This document shows positions 34,519-47,000 of a DNA stretch of 64,000 bases, in pieces. The translations under genes and the position numbers were made by a program. The notes beneath the pieces are model-generated. The model made no database searches and was not told the origin of the DNA. It saw only the letters and a program-made list of their open reading frames with translations. Origin of the DNA: Blasia pusilla (taxonomy: Eukaryota); assembly GCA_050084515.1 (NCBI GenBank), contig CM114271.1:20770001-20834000 (forward strand). Direction: 5' to 3'. How positions within the stretch are numbered: position 1 is the first letter of the stretch; every line of letters begins with the position of its first letter.

Positions 34519-37500
34519 CACTAGAAGAAAACCATGGTTTTTATGACTAGGACTCAAACAACTAAGGTTCTTCATGATTGGGACTTATGACTAGAATTTT
34601 CCTGAAATAGTCATATATTTCCCCAAAAAATGAAATTTTAGTCATATAAAAATATGACTAAGTCATTATATCACTTTGGTACATGACTTAGTCATATCGA
34701 GAAATTACTTATTATGTTTTAAGTCATTTTAGAACACGAAGTCCCAACTTGTAGTATGTGAAGTTTCATTATGACTTAAATTAATAATTAAATGATATTT
34801 TCCCATGTACAAATGTATGAAGTTTTGCTTTCAACTCATATTGTTTTTATAACCAAATTTTGGAAAGAATTCTACTCAAACATTTGCAAGAAAAAAGTGG
34901 GAATTAAACATATCACCAACTAAAAGCATATCACTAGCTTCCAATCCATGCATGTTGAAATCATTCACTCCCAAACGAAAATGAGGATCATGACCGCTTG
35001 AGGCAAGCAATAGGATTGGGAAGAGAAAACACTCTTCAAGGGGGAGTAAAACCTAACTAACATAGTAAGCAAAGAGAGTACATAGTAATGTCACGAAGCA
35101 TGAAACTTGAAGTGGCATCGTAGGAGGTGGGAGATTGATAGAAACTGTGAAGGTAAGAGAGTGGGTACTGGAGCACCTTGTGATCTGACATGCTATTGCA
35201 CTCTTCCACTTTATGCAAAAGATGTAAACCACATTGCAGGGTGTAAACTTGAGACACATATCAAGATCTTATTATTTAAAAACCAAGTGTTAATAGAAAA
35301 TGAGTTTGAAAATAGAAAAGAACCACTCTTGAATAATAATATAGATTAAAAACAGTTTTTTAAAGAAAAATAAAAAGCAAGGAAGTTCAAAATTTGAGGC
35401 CATAAATTAGACAAATAAGGAGAAAATGATAAATAACCGTTCAAAAAGCAAGGTAAACTCGGAAATGCATTGCAATTCAAACTCGAGAGACCATAAATAA
35501 ATAAATTTAATAAAATGAGGAAAGAAGTGATAGTTAAGCATTTAATAAGAAAAAGAGGGTAAAATGCTTAAATATGCATCTCAATTTGAACTTGGCAAAG
35601 CCTTTGTAGCTCAAAGCGTTAGCTTCGCGCATGCGAAGTGGGAGAATCCCGCCATTTCCTAAATTCGATCTCCACACCTCATGAGCTTCGGGAAAGATAA
35701 AGTTCTCATTAAAGGAATGGCAAAGATGTTGCAGCCCCACCCTTCTTTGTCGAAAGAAAAGATGTAGACACAGATTTGTGGGACGCCCATGGTATGGTCT
35801 CTACCAATCTAATCCAACAAAATTATGGATATGAGATGCTATAGGTTTTGACTACTCTTCTTTTTCCCTCTTCTCTGGTCAGATTTTGGCGCATGTTCAT
35901 TACAGACTTGGGAAGATGAGAGAAAGCAAAGGGGACCACCTGAGGTCGTACATGAGGAGGAGTTATGGTGCAGCCTCGTTACAGATTTGGGAACTAGAGA
36001 GAGAAGGAAAGGGAGCAGCTGAGAAAGGTGGTACAGGAGAAGGAGAAGAAGTCAAAATTTGAGGAGGTGTGTGCGTTGGGAGCAGTAGGAGGAGCAGTTG
36101 GTTGGGGAGTGTAGTGGTTGTTGCTCAGCACGGCATGACAGTACGTCATGTGCAAAAAGAGGGTGGTGTTGGTGCTAGGCAGCACCGGAATCAGAGAAGA
36201 GGAACAAATTGTGAGGAAGAGTGGTGCGCTACCATCTGTGGACTTTGCCAAGAGAGTGGTGTTGGTGAGGTATGGGGAGAGCACATGGAATGAGATGGGG
36301 AAAATTTAGGGGAGCTTGGACTCTCGTCCCACTTCTACAGGAGAATTTCCAACAAAAACCTCTCGGAAAATTATGCTTTTCGATTCATTCGATGTTTGCA
36401 TCTACAAGTTTACTATGCTCCTCATTTTTGCATCCTCTTGGGTCAAATTCGGGATACGATGAAATTGGTGGAGCTGAATCCTTGATTGGAGAGGGGGGTT
36501 GGAATTGATCGTGTTGAATACTTATTTCTGTGCACATTGGTGGGATAATCATTGGAGAAGCCCTCTTCTAGCCACAGCTACAGGTGTTGAACAAATAGAC
36601 ATCTTTGCTTTGTTTCTTGTCTTTATCCTAGTTCCTAACATTACCTAAGTTGTTCGAATAACTATTTTGAACCTAGAGGATCATGAATGTTTCCGTACTG
36701 GACAAAATCACCAGAGATTTCAAAAGCAACATCAATCCATTGCTCTTCACCTTGGATGCATTTGTGGAAACCCACTCACGAATGATTTTTTTCCACACTT
36801 GGATTGATGATCTAAATGCAGCTTGACCACTTGGAAACTCGTGATGATTTCACAACCAACAGCCATTGCATTGTGACTCCCACAGGATTGGGGTCGAAAC
36901 ATTTTTCAACAATTGTTGCAGAGCAACAGTGGTGTGAGCGGCTTGGATTTCATACCTAGAAGCAGTGGAGAAGACTCTCCATACATTTGTCTTCACCGTT
37001 TGAATAAGGAACTTTCGCAGCTCAATCCATGTCTTTTCCGCTCATCATCTGCACATGTTTGTCGTCGTCATCTGTCAATCTTCTCCAATTTTTGTCACCA
37101 TCTTATGGTAAACCGTGTGGAGTCCAGTCAATATGGAGGTTAGCAATGGCAACTAGTTTGGTTGAACATTCTAGGAAAAAATCTGAATAGACAGAGACTA
37201 CTTGTACAATCGTGTCACCCATTACAAGCTATCTCTCAGTGGTTGTGATCATGTACATGTTCCAGTCTGTGGAGAATAGGATGTATCAATCTAGCTACAA
37301 GTGACAGAAAGAAGATTAAATATTGAGGCATGCATAGTAGGATTGCAGACGCCAAGCCCACCTTTGACTGCAGGCACTGGGCCCAAATCACTCAGATTGT
37401 GCTCATACACCACGCTGCTACTAACACTTCTTTCAAGGTTATCATCTGCTCCCTCGCCAGCAAATTCTTTGATCAACATCTCTTGACATGCTTGGCAGGA

Positions 37501-39697
37501 GAGGTTACTTTCCCATCTTTGCAATAAGTGTGTTGATTTGACAACTATTCTGTGGTTCTAGTTGGGACATTGTGTGTAGGATGTGAATGAAAAGCTGTGG
37601 ATTTGTCCTCCTCCACTGTATCAGGGAGTGGCAAAAGACAATGTTGCCTCAGGTAGATGGCAACACAACTTGCAGCATGAGGATGCCCCAGTGCTGAGAA
37701 ATTGGACGAATTCTTGGGCTGAACAGGTCAAGCTTGGAATTTGATTATTTAGCATTTGGACAATTTCAAAGAGAGAGTGGTAACAACACAGTTGTAGTTA
37801 TGGGGCAGGACGTGGTTCATGCAACAATGCTTTGTCACTATTTGGATCTTTACCAAACCCATCTGGGCTCCTTCCATCTAGACACGACCAGCTTGAGCGT
37901 CATCAACTTTCCAGACGGTGCATTCAGCAAGGGTATCATACGCTGTATAAACTACTCTCCTCATTTTGGACATTGGGCAGTGTCAGTGACAAGGCTTGCA
38001 AGAGCTGAGGCAAAATTCAAATCTGCAAAGTTACCACACTGCCCAAGCACCATGAGAATTTGGGTGAAGGAGCTCCAATCGAATTCCTGTCGATCACAAC
38101 ATGTTCTCCCTCTATCTCAGCAAATTACATTCCAATAGAAGCCATTATCATTTTCGACAACCAATGGTTGTCACATCTCCAGTGGGAGGAGATGGAGAGC
38201 TTCAAAGGATAGAATTCATCAGTGTCCAAGATCTTTGGTCATATGTCATAACTCCACCGAGGAACCTATTAGCACTGATTTCCAAATCCGTTCCTGGTTC
38301 GTTTCTTGCATGGTTTATTCTACCTCTACAATTGCGTTTCAACTTCTCTAGATCAAAAATTAAAATGTAGGAGCCAAATTTGGAGAGTTCATTGCAACTA
38401 GCGCTTAGTAATGTCGAGTCGTCATTTGTGAAGGTGGTCGTGGTTGAGGTAGCTGTCGTAATCTCAAAAGTTTTGGAGATGATTGTCGAAAGTGATCATC
38501 TCACATGTCATGTCCGTGTAGGAGAGTAGTGTTGTCAAGGAGGGGTTAGAGGAGTAGTATGTTCTATTACAACATTGGGAGAGCACACGTTCCACCTTTG
38601 GAACTTTTTAAGGTCATGGGGATGTGTGCGGCCCCGATCAAGATTATTCTCCTTTATGAATGGAGTAGTGATGTTTAGTAGTACTGATTAGCTCTTGCTG
38701 ATTATGTTTTCAAAGAGATTAACTATGAATACAATAGTTTGCTCTTGTATTTTCTATCTCGTTGTGTTATGTATGCATCTTCTCATTATTTCAGATTAGA
38801 TATATGCGTGTTAGAGAGGAATACATTAGAGCTCACTCCTTGTTACTATTAGACTTGTTAGTGGGAACGCTCCTATCTTGTAAATCTAAAACAAAATTAT
38901 TCTTTCACTATCATTTGGATGTAATAAAAGAGATTCTAGCTTTTAAAAAAATTACCATTTAAAAGAGTTAGTCATATAAAGCCAACTATAGTCATTTAAA
39001 CAAACCAAAATATGATTACTCATATTTTGTGACTCATGTACATGCAAGTATTTAAACATACCAACCTTATCAAGATGACTCAATCCTAGACTCAATCATA
39101 TTTTTTGATTTGTCCACATTTAGTTATTTAGACGAACTAGAGTGATTAGTATGACTTATGACTCAATCATTTCAAGTCATTTAGACAAATGACAGTGATA
39201 AATATGACTCGGTAGAACCTTATGACTCTATTGTCTCAAGTTATTTTGATAATTAGAAGTGATCAAAATGACTCAAATTTATGCTATGACTCAATCATAT
39301 CCAATCATTTAACCAAATCACAAGGATAAATGTGACTTTGTCATTCTTCGCGACTCAATCATATAGGAAAATCAAATGATGAATATGACTCAGTCATAAA
39401 AATTCATAACCACGTGTCTGAATATACCTTATTCACTTAATGTAATTTCCACGTCATATGGTGACATGGAAATCATAATATATGACTAAGTTTTCACATG
39501 TGGAAAAGCTTGTTGACGTATCAATCATATAACATAATGATTACTAGAGTCATTCCAAAATTACTCTAGTCATGGCATGGTACATGACTAGGCTTTTATG
39601 ACTCCATGAGTCATCAGTCATTACGAGTCATTTATGTACAAACATGACTATGATAAGTCATATAAGTAAGTCATAAAAACCATGATTTGTTCTAGTG
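34519..39697. mobile_element. Non-autonomous CACTA (En/Spm) element
   Basis: TIRs CACTAGAAGAAAACCATGG / CCATGATTTGTTCTAGTG; 3-bp TSD CGT on both sides; dense subterminal ATGACT/AGTCAT repeats at 34540-34780 and 38970-39675. Confidence 0.93.
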
Positions 39698-40463
39698 CGT
39701 CATCGACCGCTACACACTGATTGACTACAAATATCATGCCAACCTGCAATGGTTAATTATTTTGGCCATTCATGGGATCGAGTTTTGAATTTTTTCTACT
39801 CTGCCTAGTGATTGGTAGCTGCTAGACATTGATCAAGTATCGTGTCAAGGCGCTCATAGTCATAATGCGTCGCCAATTTTTGCATCGTACCACTCCTAAT
39901 CACGCTACACTATCTTGATCACGCAGCCGTACCAACGCTCAGACGCGGAGCATTTTTTCCCAATATATAAGTGATACAAGTTCTTGTTGCATCCTATCAT
40001 CAAGTGCCATGTCATTTGTTGCCATTTTGTGCCACCATTGCAGCAACGTACCATTATAACTATACCTCACTATTGAGGACTTAAGGAGGAGTGAGTACCA
40101 TTGGCATCTGGAAGTACAACTCGCTAATTGGAAGATTTTATCTTCATGATCGAGTTGGAGCCAAGTTTGGAATTGCTAAGGAGAAACACCAACATGGTGT
40201 TCAAGTTATGCTTTTTAGTCCTTTACGTACACATGTGAGGGATTTCCTAGTATTGGATATCTATTGTAGTATTCGGATTTTTACAAATGATGGGACTATC
40301 TTGGACGTATGGGATTATGGGACATAGAATTGTGTAGGATATCCAAAGTTATGATTATGCCAGGTTGATGAGGGGATAGAATAGCAAACGATTTGTCATA
40401 CCAATTTGCTTGTTGCCACACTCTACACGTCTCAATGGGAGACAGTATAAATGGAGTGATGCA

Positions 40464-40759
40464 CATGGTTGCACAAAATGGACAAGTCCTTATTCAGGAC
40501 GGACATGGACGGACGTTTGGACATGTCCACAAACATGGGTTCCAAGAGGTAGGACCCACACTTTGAGTCCATGATGGAAGGCAAGGCAAGGATGAGAGGA
40601 GCAATGAGGGAGGAGGGAGGAAGAAATGGGGGAGTATAGAACACGAAGGCAAGTAAGGGGAATGAGAAAGAAGGGAATGGTGGGGCCTATATGGACAAGT
40701 CCTTCCATAGGACGGACATAAGTCCACGGACACGGACTTTGTCCACATATGCAACCTTG
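40464..40759 (+). mobile_element. hAT-type MITE (intact)
   Basis: TIRs CATGGTTGCA / TGCAACCTTG; perfect 8-bp TSD GTGATGCA (40456-40463, 40760-40767). Confidence 0.92.
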
Positions 40760-42367
40760 GTGATGCACCTTTTAGGTTCAAGTGATTGAGGGATTACTCA
40801 CAAAGTTGAGAGTGATCATGCAAGGGGATCATCATGACGTCCTTTCAAGACTTTGAGAGACAAGGTGGTAATATTTTCAGAGTCTCCATATAAGAGACCA
40901 TCTCAACCTCTTTATGTGTCTTCCTCAGATGAAGGAGAGGTCGTAGAGAAGAAGGTTGTTAGTGCAACATTGCATATGTTGAGTAGTCATACCATTTGGG
41001 CATACAAGATACATAGCTAGGATAGAGGACCCCATATGTTTTTGGGAGATGTAGGTACCATAGAGTTGCACAACTTCATTGTAAAATTTAGGAGTTAGTG
41101 TGATTTGTGGAGGGCTATGAACTGTATAGAGTTCAACCCTTTCACAACATAGAGTGGTATGTTCCAACCTCCAAAGGGGGAACCCATGGACAATTACGAT
41201 GAGTTTTCCCATAGGTTTGTGTCTGACATCACTAGGAGAAATCCCTGGTTTTATGACTGGGTTATATGACTCATACAAGTCATACTTTACATTCCATGAC
41301 TAGCAATGACTAACGACTATTTTAGACACAAAAGCCAAATCATATTTGCCTTGCGATTGGGCTAACTAAGATGGTCGGCTTAGGCGGACGTTGGTATATG
41401 ACTAGAGGGTGTAGTCATGAGGCCACGACTGACACATCACTTTGATGACATGGAATAATGACACATCAACGCATGATATGGACTAATTGGTGTGACATGA
41501 CATTGATGAAGTGGAGTATGAAAGATAACTCGTGTAGTCATATCTAGGGTATCTGTCTAGTTACCACTAATGACTACCGTAGTCATGTGTAGTCATATAA
41601 AAGTACATTGTATTGAATGAAAATGTGACAAGTGTACCATATGGATGAGGAATCCACTTGGTGGTAATAGTCATGCCTCCATCAATCATTAAATTTTTGC
41701 ATTCAGTCATAGTTCACAACTCGTGTAGTCATATCAATTTTTCCACTACTGTAATTTACTCACGTAGTCATGTTTAGTCACTCGCCGAGTAGTGACTAGG
41801 GTAGAAGGCCCTACAACTAGTGTAGACATGATAATACGACTGTGGGAGTTGCGGGCATGACATTATGAATCCTATAGTCATTGCAATAGGACTGAATAAG
41901 TCATGTTTAGTGACTAGGTAGGAATGATACCTCACTACACCAATAATATTGATATGACTCGTAGTGACTGTAGATTTTATTTATGAGTTTATTAATATCT
42001 TTTGAAAGATCATTCACTTGTAATTGGATGTGAATTACTGAAATCCTTGTGTCCATTTCTGTTTGAATTGCAACCCTAAACCCTAAAGCATATACATGAA
42101 CATAAAATGCAATTTGGAATAAATGCACACAACCAGCAACATGGCAACTCAACAACAAGGGGATGAAATGCATATAGAACATAATATGAATGTCTTAAAA
42201 GTAAAGTCTGATATCAGAATTGGCATGGTTTCTGATTCTCATATCCAACAAACCAAATATCTTAAGCCAATAAAGTCACTTGAAAAGAGAAGTCTACGCA
42301 CCTGAGGTAGTTTGGTGCTAGAAAGAAAATCTACTCTACTAAATCACCTTCCTCATGTAATCTCTGG

Positions 42368-42600
42368 CTAGAGCATGCTTGATCCAAGAGCATCACCAAA
42401 TGTTTCTTGTGCCGGTTCATCTATCAAATTTGGCATCCATAGAGCATGTTCAGGCTCAAATACTTCATTGAGATCAACCCTAACCATGCCTAGTGGGATG
42501 TCCTTAGCATAGAACTTGTCTCTTCCACCAAAACCTAATATGACCTCTGACCCAAGAACCATCCTACTCAACTTTGGCTTTGTAAGTCGTACATGATCCC
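42368..42600 (-). pseudogene. C-terminal exon of CACTA ORF2 (TnpA-like)
   Basis: IPLGMVRVDLNEVFEPEHALWMP...ETFGDALGS resembles the C-terminal domain of plant En/Spm ORF2 proteins. Confidence 0.6.
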
Positions 42601-44038
42601 CGATTCGCAGCTACAAGAATACAAAAAATGAGCACTTAGTACCAATCCAAAATTTTCTCCCATGCATGTGCACCATAAATCTGAAAATAATCTGCTATGA
42701 ATTACCTATCTGAAAGACCATTCCCATTTTGAAAGATGATGTGAAAAGTTGACAAGTCCTAAGTGACCATGTAACTGTCCACAACAAGAAACATCAGTGT
42801 CGTCATTTGAACCTTTGATGGAAGAGGCCATTGTAGGCGAGAGAAGTTACCTTAATTATTTTCTTGGATGAGCCAGATCTGATTTCACTATCCTGCTCAT
42901 TTGCTACATCAGAGTGGAGCCTAGACTTCCATCTTTTGGCTGGTGATGATTTAGCTTGGTTATCCATACTCAAGTTTTCTGCACATAATTGTCATACAAT
43001 TCTGTAAGATAAAATGTCCACTATTTTGTTGATGGATAGAAAATGTGCAAATGAACCATTCAATAGGTCAAGATCCCATGCTTACGAGTATTCCTAGTTG
43101 TATCATCCCCAACACTTTCCGTGGAGCTTCTCCTCTTGGTGCTCTATTCTAGCCCTTCTCTACAGAATGAAAGTTGACCGAGATGAGTTAGAATATTAGG
43201 TACTTAACTACAATAAGTAATTGTATTACAAGTTCCTAGGTCTGATCAGGCAAAACAAGGCTCCTTACGACCAGATTGTGTAGTTGCTATTGCCTCCTTA
43301 TGTGTTGAGAGCTTCCACTTTCCCTGGTTGAGCTATTCCCGCTTCAGAAGTTGATGGATGTTCAACAACGGGTGTAAGTTACCAAACTCAAAAGGATTCA
43401 GATCTGAAGTACTATTACTGAGAAGATCAGCAAGTGATATTCATTGAATATGATAGATGAAAGGCAAGGAAGAAATAGAAAGGGAATCTTTACATTGAAT
43501 CGTGAGTTACCTTATGTTCTTTTCTCTTCCCTTGTTGCGGATGGTAGGGAGTAGGATGGTGGGTTAGGGGAAATTTGTTATGGTGTAGAAGACAAGTCCT
43601 TGGAGGTGAGCTTTGACACCATTTCCATTAGTACACCTAATGCTTTGTTCTGCCGTTCCATCTGCAACTTCACATCATCCAAATCTACACCACTTCTTTT
43701 CCACCTCCTCTAGTTGAAAAGTAACTCTAGATTCCACACTCTGCATGAATAGACCATATATTGGGTCAGAGAATAGAAGCTTTAATTCTGCTATGATACA
43801 ACCATATTCAACCAATGATACTCACTTCTTCAGCCATGACATATAGATGGGTTACAACAATAGTTAGCTTGTAAATATACCGGTGAACTCAATTGTGCAA
43901 AACCTGGTTGTTTGGGCAGGACTTCTCTCCCCATTGATTCCAGCCCTGTGCCCAAGGATCCTTTCGACACATTTGGCACCTCCACATGCACCTTAAAAAA
44001 ACCTGAATCTTAATTTCACATATATTGAAGGGTTGAAT

Positions 44039-47000
44039 TGTCGCGACCCTCATAACCAAACAACACCAAATACGCGCCAAGCGAAACATCAGAACTCAAA
44101 GGAACTCACGCCGCGAGGTTTGCGCTTTGGAGAGGCGTTTGGAAGAGTCTCTTGGAAAAGTCTAAGAGACGTAAACGTGGAACAGAGTTGTGCGTTTCAT
44201 GCGTTAGTGGTCGCGACCAGGAAACCTAGACCAAACGCGAGCCGAGACTTGAGATGAGTTGAGTCTTGGAGGTTGGTTGCCAAAGAGGTGAGAACCAGTT
44301 TGGAACACGGCTAGCGTTTGGGAGAATCTGACTGTGTTTAGGACCATAACGTTGAGCTCCGAGATGCGTTCGGGACAAGTAAGGACGCGTTGGAAAGCTG
44401 ATCTTGAGACGCTTCCAACGCACCAAAGATCTCAGCAAACGCATAAGTACAGGCTGAGATATTGGCCGAAAACGATTCAGAGAGCAATCGGGTTGAGGGC
44501 CAAGTGGTGTCTTCCCCTAAATGTAGGGGGCCCCGGAGATCCCCAGAAGTAATAGTAGGGGAGTACCTTCTCTGAGATGTCTCGGGAAACGAAACCCCAC
44601 TTTGGGCGCCAAACGGCGTTTGAGGGCAGATGAAACGGGAGTTTGGCGCTGAAACCCAAACCCAAACCTGATCCAAGGGAGTGGACTTTGTATGCCACAC
44701 TTGGATTCCAACCGAGATTCACGTGAGAGTCTTGGTGAGGAACTCATTGGATGTTCATCGGACGATTAGAACCGCTTAGGCGCGAAACGCCGTTTCAGTT
44801 CCTGAACCGACGAAAAGTCTGTCCCAAGTCTTTCGAGACTTGCCCGTGTTGGAAACCGCGAAACTAGGAAGGTTGAGCTTGAAGAGAGAGTCCGAGACGA
44901 GAACTCGGAAAGTAATCCCGCTGATTGATCCAAGACCCGACTAACCGGTGCGTGTTTGGATGCAGATTAGCGTTGAGAGCGTGACCTCAACGCACGCTTC
45001 GCAACAAACAAGATTAACGTTCAAGGAGAGTAGGCGCACGACACGTGGTATCGAGCAATTCCTTGATGAGCGTGAACTTAGGTCGTTGAAGATCTGGGCG
45101 TTTGGGGAGAACTCAAGGTAGCCGGAAGACCGCGACGCCGAGGAGGAACGCAAGAGGCGAGGAGGAGATCTGAGAAAAGGCGACGACTTCGCAAATGGCG
45201 ACCAAGGGCGAAGAACCGAGAAACCGCGAGTCAAAGCAAAGAAGCCAAGAGCGAATCAATGACGGACCGAGAGCCGGAGGTGGAATTTGCGACTCGAAGT
45301 GCCGAGTCCCAGACATGAGGATGTTCCAACCGAAAATCTTTCGCGGGACCTTCGGGTCCAAACTTAAACGATCCGGCCTTTTATACCCAAATGATGGGAT
45401 TGATGAAGGTGATGGCGGACCAGATGGTGAAACAGAGCAAGGTGATCTCGAATTCAAGTCAAATGGAGCCTCTAGCTCGGCAAGAAGCTTTGTAAGACTA
45501 ATTTGCCAACGCCATTCACACAGAATGGGGCGTTCTCGGAAAGTGAGCGAAGTTTCTAACGGAACTCGAACTCTATTTCGAGCGCAAAGGCAGATGAACA
45601 AGACAAGGTGATCAGAAGCGGTCACGTTTACGAAGGATCACGCTCTCCATTGGTGGACGGCTCACCGGAAAGAACATCTAGGTCGTGGGAAAACGTTGAG
45701 TTGGGAAGATTTCAAGGAGTTGATTGGGAACCGATTCACTCCGGAATATCAGGAGTACCGCGATGGCATGGAGGTGGTGAGGTTGCGCCAGAGTGGATCA
45801 CTTGGTGCTTATGTGCGAGAGTTTAGTGCGCTCATGAGTGCACTTTCCACGGACGAACATACTAAAAAGGTGATCTTCCTAAGTGGGCTCAAACCGAGTG
45901 CCGAGAAGGCTCTCTTTCGTATGCCTCACATCCCAGAGACGTGCGCGGACCTCTTGAGACTAGCCGAGCGGATTGGGGACGATGAGGTCCAACACCCGAA
46001 ACCCTTTGAGACCAAAAGTTTTTCTAAGTTCTGAGAAGAATAAAGGGACATCCAAGAGGGTTTGGAATGGGGGTGAGCGCGACCACGGAGGGTCTCGCCC
46101 AAATGGCTAAACGAGTGGAACTCAACGCTGAAGCTTTAAGGGCCGCCGTTCTGACGAAGTCAACGAATGCCAAAGTGATTTGTTATAATTGTGGCGAACC
46201 CGGGCATATGGCTAAGGAATGTGTGAGGCCCAAGGTTAGTAAACCGAGTATGATTGCGTTTGCCGCTAAGCATTTATCGGAGGGAGATCTAGATACATCT
46301 CTACAAGTCACCAAGAGGACGCCCAATTTGGTTTACCTAGGATCCAAGATCGCTAATCGCGATGTGATGTTGCTCGTTGATACAGGTGCTTCGCACTCAT
46401 TCTTGAGTCCGAGAATCGTAAAAACGTTGGGATTGCCAACCACCAAAGCGGATGAACCCATTAGGGTAGGATTCGCGGGAGGAAAATCCCACCAGACATC
46501 AGATCTGGTTTTAGGGCTAGTTGTGAGATGCGGAGTATTTGAGTTGAAGGAGAATTTTCTGATTTTGCGAGATGGACGGTATCGACGGAGTCTTGGGAAC
46601 ACGTTCTTGGATGCGTATGAGGTGGAACGAGGCGGAGACCTTTGAGGTTAAGCGTCTTGGTTAACGGCAAACGGATGGACGTCAGATTGGTTCGTGAGGT
46701 GCCTAGAAAGACGGAGTTGGTGAACGCCATCACGAGGACGAGTTTGGCGAGTTAGAGGAAGGATTCCTTTGCTTGATGAGACAGTAGAGGATGATGCAAG
46801 CGCAAGATGCAGAGATCAGAACTCAGCTTCAAGGGAGATCCTGAAACACTCAAGAGAGTTGTGAAAGAATTTGAAGATGTGTTGACTAAGGAGCTTCCGA
46901 CTGAGTTGCCACCACATAGGGCGGTTGATCATAAGATTGAGGTGATACGGGGATCTCAACCACCTTCAAAGGCACCATATAGGTTGAATCAAGAGGAACT

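Noticed and set aside
38970-39675. Regularly recurring ATGACTC/AGTCAT motifs resembling a CRISPR-like array
   Set aside because: Short, degenerate, in both orientations and adjacent to a CACTA TIR: subterminal repeats.
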